From positions 224,001-288,000 of the forward strand of contig CAVYYI010000005.1 in the NCBI GenBank assembly GCA_963772725.1: a DNA stretch of 64,000 nt, read 5' to 3'. The position numbers and the translations under genes were made by a program. Each line of letters opens with the position of its first letter. Position 1 is the stretch's first letter. Below, piece after piece: positions 53,569 through 64,000 of the stretch. Origin of the DNA: an uncultured Phycisphaerales bacterium. Lineage in GTDB: Bacteria; Planctomycetota; Phycisphaerae; Sedimentisphaerales; Anaerobacaceae. The notes under the pieces were generated by a model. That model did not search any database, was not told the origin of the DNA, and saw only the letters and a list, made by a program, of their open reading frames with translations.

Positions 53569-53578
53569 TGAAAATTTT

Positions 53579-54010
53579 TTACAACTTAATCACGCCCTTT
53601 TTGAGAATGATGTTGGCATAAAGCGCCGCTTCGCTTGTTGCGATTACTGCGTAAGCCTTCTTGGCCCTGTCGTAAAAGGCGAACCTCTCGACAAATTCAA
53701 AATCGGAAAATTTTTCGCCGCTGCTCTTAATAACCTTTCGATACTCTTCCCAGATTGTCGGCTTGGTCTTATCGCCCGGCACAACCGCCATCAACGCCGC
53801 CGCCTTTTCAACATAAATATCCAGCGGAAACAGTTTCAATATCGCCTCAAGAATCGGTGGAACATCATGCGCGTCGCAGCGGATAAGCCTCTGCGCGATA
53901 GACGCCGCCGGAAAATTCCCGTCCGCGATAACCAGTTCGTCGCCGTGTCCCATCTCCATCAGAACCTTCAGCAGCTCCGGCGACAATATATTCGGAATAC
54001 CCTTTAGCAT
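53579..54010 (-). CDS. fucU: L-fucose mutarotase (RbsD/FucU family)
   Basis: 'MLKGIP.ILSPELLK.LMEMGHGDELVIADGNFP', 'RFAFY', 'YANIILKKGV'. Confidence 0.92.
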   Translation of the reverse strand: MLKGIPNILSPELLKVLMEMGHGDELVIADGNFPAASIAQRLIRCDAHDVPPILEAILKLFPLDIYVEKAAALMAVVPGDKTKPTIWEEYRKVIKSSGEKFSDFEFVERFAFYDRAKKAYAVIATSEAALYANIILKKGVIKL

Positions 54011-54229
54011 TTTATTTCCTTTCTAATCTGACATTTCCCATATTAAACACTTGGCTCCGTAACCAAGCCTTCCCATTCGACGATAATATCAAAATTTTCA
54101 TCGGATTATCGGCGTCCAAATCTTCAAATCACCAGCAATTGCACAGACGGTATGGCCTGTGCATTAATCAAAACAATCAATACTAATGCCGTTAGGAAAC
54201 ACATTTCTTGTTTTTCTGATAACATCGTT

Positions 54230-56656
54230 CTATTTCTGTACTTCAAGTTTATCATTCAGCTCATAGCTTTTACCCGACTCAGACTTAAATTCGATTACAC
54301 TTTCGCCATACTGAACTTTACACGGGCCTCCAACAGTTGACTTAATTTGGGCTTTAAAAAGCTTGCCGTTTTTCCAGTACATATCCACCTCAAAGCCGCC
54401 TCTGGCACGCAGACCTTTGACATATCCGGCGGACCATTGTTTTGGAAGAGCTGGCAGTAAAAGGATTTCACCTGTGTGGCTTTGCAGGAGCATCTCAGCG
54501 ATGCCGGCTGTACCACCGAAATTGCCGTCTATCTGGAAAACACCCGTATAGCTGCCACTCGGTGCGGTGGAAGAAACATTTCCGCCGAAGTTTCCATCAA
54601 TTTGGAGACCCGGGCAATTATCCATCAGGTTGGAAAAGGTACAACGATTGAGCAAAGCCATAAGCACATTGTGGCAATTAGAGCCGTCACCAAGGCGTGC
54701 CCAGAGATTGGTGTTCCAGGCCAGACTCCAGCCACAATTACCAATGTCCTGAGAAGTACCACCTTTGGATGAAGGGACATTTTTAAACCGATATTCCAGT
54801 GATTTACGGGCGGCATCAGCCAATTGCGGTGTTTTCTCCGATGTTATTTGTCTGCCGGGATGCAGAGCAAAAAGGTGAGATAGATGCCTGTGCCATGGTT
54901 CTGTTTCCTTGAATTCCTCGTCCCATTCAAGTAGTCGACCATCGGAACCTATTTGCGGCCCGGCAAGACGCTCGCGGGCAGATTTTACCTCTTTTACAAA
55001 ATTATCTTCGACACCGAGAACTGTCGCAGCCTCCAGAGTATTGGTAAACAAATCCCAGATAATCTGCTGGTCCATAGCTGGCCCCATTGATAAACCAGCT
55101 TTTGTGTTGGTGCCGGGTATAAAGAACTGATTCTCGGGTGAAATCGACGGGCCGCTGACGAGTTTGCCGGTCTTTGGATTTTCAACAAGCCAGTCGAGGT
55201 AAAACTCAGCGGCTTCTTTCATTACAGGATAGGCTCGCTTTTTGAGAAATTCCTTATCACCGGTAAACTGATAATGCTCCCAGAAGTCCTGACAGAGCCA
55301 TCCTGCTGAAGGAGGCCAGATATCCAGGCCTTTGAGAGTACTTGTAAATAATGCCGGCGTCGTTCTGTGCGATGTAAAGAAGCCGCGGCAATTATAGACA
55401 TTCCTTGCCGTTTTACGGCCGTTTACACGGAGCTTTTCAAGTAAATCAAAGTACGGTTCATGACATTCCGAGAGGTTACAAACCTCTGCAGGCCAGTAGT
55501 TCATCTGGAAGTTAATATCGCAATGAAAACCGCAAAACCACGGTGGTTTAATTTCGGCATTCCATATTCCCTGAAGGTTCGCAGGCAGACCGCCCGGACG
55601 TGACGAACTTATAAGCAGATACCTGCCATACTGGAAATACAATGCCGCAAGGGCTTCATCCCCATCGCCTTTTTGGGCCAATTCAAGACGCTTATCTGTC
55701 GGAAGACTAACAGCTTCTGTTTTCCCGAGATTAATATCAACCCGCCGGAACAGCTTCTGATAATCCTTTATATGGGCATCTCTTAGTTTATTAAATGATT
55801 TTTTTGTCGCAGCAGAAAGTTGTTTTTGACAGGTTTTTGCGGGCTTATTGTTATTATAACTTGTTGATGCCGTCAGAAAAAGCGTAACTTCATCGGCATT
55901 TTCAACTATAAGACTGTTTCCGTTCTTGTTAATTTTACCTCCGCGGCAAATCGCTTTCAGATATGCCTCGAATTTTACTCCTTCTGTGGGTTTACCGCGG
56001 TCAACCTGCCCGCGCAGAACAATTGTATTATCTGATATTACAATTGATTCAGCATCGGCAATTCGACTCAAACTGATGTCCGCAGAAATACGACCCGGCT
56101 TACTGCAGGTCAGATGAGTAACAATAATCTGGCCGGGATAACTTGCAAAAACTTCACGGGTAAAATTCGCATCGCCGTCTGAATAACTTACCGTTGCAAC
56201 AGCGGTATCGAGGTCGAGAGTCCTTCGATAATTAGTTGTATTTCCGCTTGTCCTGAACTTTAGATAAATATCGCCGAGGGGTTGATAAAAATACATTGGC
56301 CGTTCACCCAGAAACTCCCTGTCAACGAGCTTTCGAGCCTCTGTATATTTGCCGTCAAAGAGAAGTTGTCTTGCCTGTGGAAGAAATTTATACGCGCCGA
56401 CACGGTCGAAATCATTCTGGTCTCCGGACCAGATGGTATTTTCATTCAATTGAAGATGCTCAGATTCGATACCGCCAAAAATCATTGCTCCGAGCCGGCC
56501 ATTGCCAACAGGCAGTGCCTCTACCCAATCTTTCGCCGGTTGACGATACCAAAGTTGCCATTCACCGGCGAAAGCCGACGATGGTAAAACTACCATCAAA
56601 ATCAAAACAAGACACGACAACACTGACGACATAATAGTTTTTGGTTTGTTCAACAT
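54230..56656 (-). CDS. GH95 alpha-1,2-L-fucosidase-family glycosidase
   Basis: '[13 protein letters not shown]', 'YQPLGD', '[24 protein letters not shown]', 'NYWPAE', 'SPEN', 'HRHLSHL', '[19 protein letters not shown]'. Confidence 0.92.
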   Translation of the reverse strand: MLNKPKTIMSSVLSCLVLILMVVLPSSAFAGEWQLWYRQPAKDWVEALPVGNGRLGAMIFGGIESEHLQLNENTIWSGDQNDFDRVGAYKFLPQARQLLFDGKYTEARKLVDREFLGERPMYFYQPLGDIYLKFRTSGNTTNYRRTLDLDTAVATVSYSDGDANFTREVFASYPGQIIVTHLTCSKPGRISADISLSRIADAESIVISDNTIVLRGQVDRGKPTEGVKFEAYLKAICRGGKINKNGNSLIVENADEVTLFLTASTSYNNNKPAKTCQKQLSAATKKSFNKLRDAHIKDYQKLFRRVDINLGKTEAVSLPTDKRLELAQKGDGDEALAALYFQYGRYLLISSSRPGGLPANLQGIWNAEIKPPWFCGFHCDINFQMNYWPAEVCNLSECHEPYFDLLEKLRVNGRKTARNVYNCRGFFTSHRTTPALFTSTLKGLDIWPPSAGWLCQDFWEHYQFTGDKEFLKKRAYPVMKEAAEFYLDWLVENPKTGKLVSGPSISPENQFFIPGTNTKAGLSMGPAMDQQIIWDLFTNTLEAATVLGVEDNFVKEVKSARERLAGPQIGSDGRLLEWDEEFKETEPWHRHLSHLFALHPGRQITSEKTPQLADAARKSLEYRFKNVPSSKGGTSQDIGNCGWSLAWNTNLWARLGDGSNCHNVLMALLNRCTFSNLMDNCPGLQIDGNFGGNVSSTAPSGSYTGVFQIDGNFGGTAGIAEMLLQSHTGEILLLPALPKQWSAGYVKGLRARGGFEVDMYWKNGKLFKAQIKSTVGGPCKVQYGESVIEFKSESGKSYELNDKLEVQK

Positions 56657-56680
56657 GTTTACAGGCTCCTTAAAAATATT

Positions 56681-57091
56681 TTATACCATATATTTCATTC
56701 CGCATTCCCTGGCGAATCGCCCCCGGGCACCGGCGTCAAATTTGACTGGATTGAATTGTTTATAGTAGTTGTCGTAAACCGGATCTTCCGTGCGCTGCCG
56801 GGCATTATTCGGCTTACCAATGTCCCAAGGGCGGGCGGCATGGCGATCCCAGCCAATCTCGATTGCGCCGACAGAACACGGCCCCCAGTGAATAAACATT
56901 CCGAACTTAGCGTCGCGGAACCACTGCATCCGCGCATCCCGCTGCTCTTTGGTCTCGCTAATCTGCGGCACATGCGACAGATCAGCCTGCTCAGCGGCAT
57001 GCAATGAGGCAAGCGGTGGCAACAGCGGGATAGCAAGGGCGAGTTTCAACGGCAGCGATGCCGTTACGTTTGTTCTCGCTTTATTTTTCAT
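56681..57091 (-). pseudogene. 5' fragment of a GH29 alpha-L-fucosidase
   Basis: Signal peptide, '[17 protein letters not shown]', 'FNPVKFD', 'GMKYMV*'; stops 24 bp before the GH95 start. Confidence 0.8.
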
Positions 57092-57190
57092 CTTAATAAC
57101 TCCATTATTATCGCTATTTTATTTAATAGTTACTCGTCGCCATAAACAGTGAAACGCTGCCGTTTACAAGCGAGATCTTGCACTTTTTCA

Positions 57191-60100
57191 TTAATTATCC
57201 TTAGAAGGAACAATTACTAGCTCACTGTTCGGTTCCGACCCGGCAAGGTTGAGTCCGTTGATCTTCAGTACCCAGGCGTGCTCGCAGGGTTTCTGGGAGG
57301 GCAGGGTGACAACGAGACCGTTGTCTTGGCGGCTGTACTCAAGTTTTGCATCCGAACCAAGCAGCTGGATACTGGAAATATCGCCCTTGATAGCGGTCTG
57401 CTTCTTGCCGAGAGTCTTGATTGTCAGTTTGCCGGTTTCCGGCCAAACAAAGGCGATTGCGTAGAGGGTATCGCCCTTGGTCGTGAAGCGGATGTCCTCG
57501 GACGTGTAAACCTGCGGATTGCGTTCATTCAAGTGAAAGCTGGCCGACTTGGCTTGCTGGAAGCCTTCACCGAATACTTTCCATGGGCGCGTTCCAAAAA
57601 TGGCTTCACTGTTCGGTTTCATCCATTTGGCGATGCTCTCGAGGCAGGCGACTTCATCACTGTCTATCGTGCCGTCGCCCTTGACAGGGATATTCAGGAG
57701 GAGATTACCATTCTTACTGACAATATCTACAAGGAGATGAATAACATTTGTTGGTGTTTTGTAGCCGTGCTTATCATATATACTTGCCAAGTAGTGCCAG
57801 TTGCCGAGGCAGGTGTCGGTCTGCCATGGCTCGGGCAGGATGCCATCGGCTTTGCCGCGCTCAATGTCCATGACGAGGCATTTTCGCTGGTCTCCTTTCA
57901 GTGCCTTGGTATTCATCACGGCTTCATTTGTGCCGTTGTGCCATAGGATGCTGGAATTGTAGTAGTGCGCGGCAATCCTCAAACCGGCATCGCTGCTGCT
58001 TGCGAGCGGCATCCCCCCGTCGTCGAAATACAGAAGGTCGGGCTTGTACTTGTTGATGAGGTCCACAGTCCGGTTGAAGAATTTGTCGCAGTACGCCTTG
58101 TCGGGTTTCTCACCCGGCTTGTGGTTCTGCGCGTAAAGGTCCTGTGGATCCAGGCCATCCCACCACTGTCCCTTGCCGTCGGCCTTGGTCAGCTTTCCGT
58201 CATAGGGGACCCCCGCCATAGGCCCGTTTGTGTCAGAACCCTGTGCAACCTCGTACCACCTCCACGAGCGAGCTGCATGGACAGATATTCCATAGCGAAG
58301 ACCGTTCTTACGAACTGCCTTTTCCCACATGCCGACAAGGTCCTTCCTGGGGCCGACATTTACCGAATTCCACGGCTGGTACTTGGAGTCATAGCAGTCG
58401 AAATTGCAGTGGTGGTTTGCGAGGGCCACAAAATATTTTGCCCCGGCGCGTTTGTAGAGTTCGATAAGCTTATCCGGATCAAACTTTTCTGCCTTCCACA
58501 TGTTACAGATATCCTTGAACCCGACCTTTGACGGATGCCCATAGTGTTCGACGTGGTATTTATAACACCTTTCGTTGCCCTGGACGTACATGTTCCTGGC
58601 ATACCAGTCACCCTGTTCGGGCTGGCACTGTGCACTCCAGTGAGCCCATATACCGAACTTCGCGTCGCGGAACCAGTCGGGGCACTTGTACTGTTTCAGT
58701 GATTCCCAGCTTGGCTTGAACTGGCCTTCCAGCATCTTCTCGCCGGATGCCTCGTCCGCCGCGCGGATTTTCAACGCGAACGCGGTCTTGCCGGCGAATT
58801 CTCCCGGCAACGCGACATGTACGCCGGTTTCATCGCGGGTGAATTCCAGTTTGCCGCCACCGACCAGCCGCACGCTGCCGATTTTGCCCGGCCAGTTCGG
58901 GGAGTTGGCCGCCAGCGATTTGATGGTCACTTTGCCGTCCTTGGGAATTTCCAGCACGATGGCATAAAGCGTCTTGCCGTCTTTCGATTGCGTGAAGCGG
59001 ATGTCCTCCGCCGTGAACGGCTTTTTCTGCACATCGCTCTGGCCGTCGAAATGCCCCTTTCTCATCGCTCTTCACAGACGGGCCTTCGCCATAACATCTT
59101 CCACGGGCGCGTCGCGTAGATCGCCTCGCCGTTGACCTTCAGCCACGCGCCGATTTCGCTGACGATTTTGATTTCCTCCGCGTCCGGCTGGCCGTCGCGC
59201 TGCAGCGGCACGCTCAACATCAGGTTGCCGTTCTTGCTGACGATGTCGGCCAGCATCCTGATGACCTCGGGCGGCGGATTTGTAGCCGTGGTGGTTGAAG
59301 ATGTCCTGGTCGTAATGCCACGAGCCGATGCAGGTGTCGGTCTGCCAAGGCTGGGGCAAGATGCGACCTCCGCCTTGCCGCGCTCGATGTCATAGACCAG
59401 CGCCTGGCGCTGCATTTCGTTGAGCTTCTTGGTGTTCATCACCGCCTCGTTGCGGCCGTGTTGCTCGAATGCTCGTGTTGTAGAAGTGCGCGGCCAGAGT
59501 CAGGCCGATCTCGTCCGTGACGCCGTGCATCGGCAGCACGCTGTCATCGAAATAAATCTGGTCGGGCTGGTAATCATCCCAGAGCTGCTTGGTGCGCATG
59601 AAAAATTTTTCCATGTAGGCCGCGTCCGGCGTGCTGCTGCCTTTGGCGGATCCCAATTCCAGTCCATCCTGGTGCCCGGCTTGTGGTTTTGCGCGTAGAG
59701 GTCCTGCGGGTCAAGGCCGTCCCACCACTGGCCCTTGCCGTCGGCCTTGGTGAGCTTGCCGTCGTAGGGCACGCCGGCCAGCGGGCCGTCCTTGTCCGCG
59801 CCCTGCGCCGGCTCATACCACGACCACGCACGCGAGGCGTGGACACTCACGCCGAAGCGCAGGCCGCTCTTTTCGTGCCGCCGCCGCCCAGCCGCCGATC
59901 AAATCCTTTTGCGGTCCGAGCGCCACGGAATTCCACGGCTGATATTTGGAATTGTAGTTGTCGAAGTTGTCGTGGTGGTTGGCCAGCGCCATGAAATACT
60001 TCGCGCCGTTCTCCTTGTAGAAAGCCACCAGCTGGTCGGGATCAAAGTGCTCCGCTTTCCAGTGATGGATCACATCCTTGAAACCGTTGGTCGAGGGATG

Positions 60101-60476
60101 GCCGTAACTTCCAGATGCGTGTGTAGGCGGGTTGTAGTTTGATGCTGCCGGGACCTTCATACATGCTGCGCGCATACCAGTCGCCGTGCTCCGGCTCGCA
60201 CTGCGGCCCCCAATGCGCCCAGATGCCGAACTTCGCGTCGCGAAACCATTCCGGCGTCTGGTAATTCGTGAGCGAATTCCAGTCCGCCTTGAACGGGCCC
60301 TCGGCAATCGGCGGCAACTTGAGTTGGCTGGGTAGATTCGTCTGCGCGTCCGCCGCGAATGAAGCGGGAAGGAATATGCAAAATGCGGCAGTTACTGATA
60401 GGACACAGGTTTTGATATGCAGTGAGTTCATATTACGCATCGATGTCGTTACGTTTGTTCTTGTTTTGTTTTTCAT
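57191..60476 (-). CDS. Tandem two-domain GH29 alpha-L-fucosidase (several frameshifts in the first domain)
   Basis: The overlapping ORF pieces at 60476-59062 rebuild one GH29 domain. ORF 57191-59065 holds that domain's C-terminal part ('[10 protein letters not shown]...AFALKI') fused without a stop to a complete second GH29 ('[13 protein letters not shown]...'). Confidence 0.8.
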
Positions 60477-61226
60477 CTTAATTTCTCCATTATTATCGTT
60501 TATCGTTATTTTCTTTAATTTTATACATATTTCCCTGAAAGTACCAGCTAAACCATTGTTTAGTCAACAGTTTTCACGGAAAACTCATTTCTTCTTTTTC
60601 TGATAACGTCGTTCTATTTCTGTACTTCAAGTTTATCATTCAACTCATAGCTTTTACCCTTCTCTGTATCAAATTCTATATACTTGTCCTGGTATTTTAC
60701 TTTACATTTATTTCCGTTAAGCGATTTAATTTCAGCATTTGAGAGTTTTCCTTTTGCCCAGTTAATACCAACCACAAACCCTCCGCGGGCACGCAGTCCC
60801 TTAACATATCCATCCTTCCAGGCCTTCGGTAAAGCAGGCAGGAGATGAATTGGCCCGGCACCTGCTTCTTGATTGATACTGTGCGATTGCAAAAGCATTT
60901 CAGCAATACCGGCTGAACCTGTCATATTACCGTCGCTTTGAAATACAGGCGGAACACGTGGCGCCGAGCTAAACAAATTTGGAAAGCTCGTTTTACCAAT
61001 CAATGCAAGAAGGTTTTTGTAAGCTTCTTCGCCGTCCTGCAGCCGCGCCCACCAGTTTACAAGCCAGGATAATGTCCAGCTTGTATTTCCTGCATGTGTA
61101 ATGTTGACAGTACCTGCCGTACTGCCCGCATGAGCCAATCGATATTCCAAAGTCTTTCTTGCAGCCGCAGCAAGTTCCGGAGTACCTTCAGGAGTTATCT
61201 GATAACCGGGATACAAAGCATAAAGA

Positions 61227-62754
61227 GACTCTGTAGCATCTTTACCGGCAACATACCATTCCAGTCCTCTCATTATGAAGCATTGTTATAGTTTGTAAAC
61301 GGCCTTGGGACTGCTCGTCACGCTGCATATCAATGGCCACACGCTGGCTAATATGGTCTTGAGTTCGCACTCTATAGACACTCTTTTGCATCTTTCGATG
61401 ACGACGATAACCTCGTTCAACCGCGTTGGATGTCGATGGCAGTTGTGAATCATCGAGAAAGGTCAACGCCTTTTCAATATTCGGCGTAAATAGTTTCTTA
61501 AGAGTTTGACCCAACGTTTTGAATCGTCGAACATGGCGGCGCAAGACAGCCAACCTTTCCAAGGCTGTTTCCGTGCGGCAACGGCGATCAAAGAGTCTGT
61601 AGACCTGATCCATGATCGAACGTAAATTTTTCAGATTGTGGCATTTTCGCGTTATACGTGAGAATATCTTCTTGTCTGCCTTACTGAGCGAATGCTGCAC
61701 AAACAAGTGTCGATGCTCAAACAAATCGGCAATCTCATCGGTCTGTTTTTTCTTTCGAGATGCCGCTTTTCTCGCGGTTGAGGACGATGGACGGCCGCGT
61801 TGCAGCTTGGGCAGCTTCTTTTTGAGTTCTCGTCGCACCCGCGTAACAGCTTTGAGTATTTCTCTATTGATCTCCTTGAGAACATGAAATTCACATACCT
61901 GGTGGGCAACACCGGGGAATATCAGAGCCAGCGGCTCCGGGTATAACGGCGAGCCATCGGTCGTAACACCAAGCAGTGTCAGACCTCTTTGATCCAGTTC
62001 CGTACGGAACCGACGAAAGAAGTTTATCATATCTTCATGGGTGGGATTATGGTCAAGAACATCGTAAATGAGCCGTTTGAACGTGCGGTTATCCACGATG
62101 GACAATACACAGAACGGCCCATCATATAATTCATCCGCCGCGATATAACCGGAGAAATCAGTCAGAACACCATCAAGGTATTCAGCAGTAATTCGTTTCT
62201 CAGCTTTTTCCCCCCGTCGCTTCAACCCAGTTTTGAATTGTAGCCCAGGGGACGAAAACCCGATGATCTCGCCATAAGTGCCAGGATGCCGGCCGATATG
62301 GCAGGCCGTCTTCCACAACCAATCGCACTGCCAGGTGAACAACCCGGCGGGTATAGTGGCAGCCGGGATCCGCAAGGTCGCACAGGTCGGCATTGAAGTA
62401 CTTCTTGCATTTTGAACAGCAGTGCTGTGAATAACTGACCCAAAGGTCGATTGGACGGTTGCCAGCCAAGTCTCCGAGGTCATGCAGTTTTCGTCTGAAT
62501 ATTTTGTCCCGATAGGATGGGTGGCCGCAATAGGGGCACGGACGCTTTTTGTATGTGCGTGAAAGTCGTTTGATTTTAGCTTTGGGTAAATCTTTAACAC
62601 ACGTAATACCTTCCGTTACATCCGATACATATTCACCTGGCCCAGCCATAATCGTGTCTCCTGAAAAATTCAGTTTATTTCTGTTCTTCCAGGAGTTTTA
62701 TCGGCTAAGACACCAAGATTTCCTTAAATATACCGGTATTTATGCTACAGTCAC
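61227..62754 (-). mobile_element. Insertion sequence, Mutator-like (IS256/ISKra4-related) DDE type; family uncertain
   Basis: Imperfect IRs GACTCTGTAGCATCTTTACCGG and (reverse complement) GTGACTGTAGCATAAATACCGG; 8-bp TSD CATAAAGA at 61219-61226 and 62755-62762. Confidence 0.9.
61242..62649 (-). CDS. Transposase split in two frames at G6A5 (62205-62215)
   Basis: OrfA has a Zn finger 'CPYCG...CCSKCKK' and an HTH. OrfB has 'ADELYDG', 'TTDG', 'HQVCEFH', 'TSNAVER'. Confidence 0.85.
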
Positions 62755-64000
62755 CATAAAGATGGGAAATATGCCGATGGCCCGGCTCGACTTCGGGAAA
62801 TTCGCGGTCCCATTCAAGGAGTCTGCCATCAGAGCCAATTTCAGGGCCGGCAAGATTGGACTGTGCCTTGCGTACATCCTGCACAAATTTATCTTCGATT
62901 CCTAAGATTTTCGCGGCTTCAAGGCAGTTGTTAAACGTCTGCCAGATAATCTGCTGGTCCATCGCAGGCCCCATTGCCACACCAACCTTCGTGCCGTCTT
63001 TGGCAATAAAGCGGTTTTCAGGTGAGATAGAAGGTCCGCTGACAAGTTTACCAGTCTGAGGATTTTCCACCAGCCAGTCAAGAAAGAACAGTGAAGCATC
63101 CTTTATAATAGGCCAAGCTCTTTCAGAAAGAAATTTTTTATCCTGAGTATATAGATAATGTTCCCAAAGATGACTTGTTGTCTCTGCACCGCCTGTCGGC
63201 CAGATAGTAGCTCCAACATTTTTGCCGCTTTGTCCGGTAAACCACCAGACATCAGTTCTGTGATGTGCACAAAAACCCCGGCAATTGTAAAGCTGGCGGG
63301 CGGTTTCTGCCCCTCGCCGGCGAATACCATCTATTAATATAAAAAAAGGTTCGTGAAGCTCTGAGAGATTGGTATTTTCCGCATGCCAATACTGCATCTG
63401 CCCATTTATATTGAGATGATAGCCGCACAACCAGGGCGGATTCAATTCTCTGTTCCACAAACCCTGCAAATTTGCCGGCAGCCCGCCTTCTCGTGAAGAA
63501 CTTATCAATAAATACCTGCCATATTGAAAGTAAAGCCCAACAAGACTAAGGTCTTCTTCGCCGCTCTTCATCGCTTCAAGCCGTTTGTTAGTTGGTATAT
63601 TTGATTTATTTTCTCCGCCAAGCTCAATATCAACGCGATTAAAATACTTTTTGTAATCGGCCAGATGTGCATCACGCAGTTGCTCATACGTTTTACCTGA
63701 TGCCGCTGCCAGTTGGTTTTTGCAGACTACCGCCATGTCATCACCATAATAATCAGTTTTCGCTGTCAAAAGCAACATAGCTGAATCAGCTTTTTCAATA
63801 TGAAGACCACGGCCGTCTGCGGAAACTTTACCTCCTTGTACGATTGCTTTAAGACATGCCTCGAACTTTACGCCCTTACTGTCTTTGCCCTCATCAACCC
63901 TGCCGCTCATTACAATGGTGTCAGGTGCTGTTGCGGAAGTTTTTGCACATTCAATGCGGTTCATATTCACATCAACACTTATTCGCCCCCTCTTGTTACA

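Larger units (their letters stand above)
60614..64000 (-). pseudogene. GH95 glycosidase interrupted by an IS (5' end beyond the window)
   Basis: Removing the IS and one copy of CATAAAGA restores 'HRHISHLY|ALYPGYQITPE', matching '[17 protein letters not shown]' of the paralog. Confidence 0.92.

Noticed and set aside
54020..54224. Short ORF remnant downstream of GH95 (MLSEKQEM... with a signal-like stretch)
   Set aside because: It stops after ~33 codons and is too degraded to assign; probably a deleted gene start.
61242..62600. 452-aa ORF as a single protein from its listed start
   Set aside because: The first ~125 residues are an alternative-frame shadow of OrfA; only the part after the G6A5 run is transposase-like.

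Overview
Bacterial chromosomal window, probably from a planctomycete (Phycisphaerae-like). That assignment is inferred from the prepilin/DUF1559-like gene and the gene content, not from a search. The first ~49 kb is mostly core genome: ftsW, an rmlACDB + glycosyltransferase cluster, larE, an EF-G paralog, an ECF sigma pair, an Na+/alanine symporter, mfd, aconitase, dxs, nadK, dinG and three tRNAs, plus a small GH2/GH29/AraC carbohydrate block. From tRNA-Arg(TCT) at 49.2 kb onward lies an apparent genomic island with a tyrosine integrase, an excisionase, three IS elements, a probable IS200/IS605-type miniature element, and a mosaic fucose-utilisation cluster (fucU, two GH95, a tandem double-GH29). 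Many genes carry single-base frameshifts, most likely assembly indels. The best candidate for something new is at 22092-23438. Two in-frame ORFs are joined by a TGA in a U-G-G-S-C context and followed by a perfect SECIS-like hairpin, predicting a selenocysteine-containing, signal-peptide plus ~7-TM membrane protein that I do not recognise as a known selenoprotein family.
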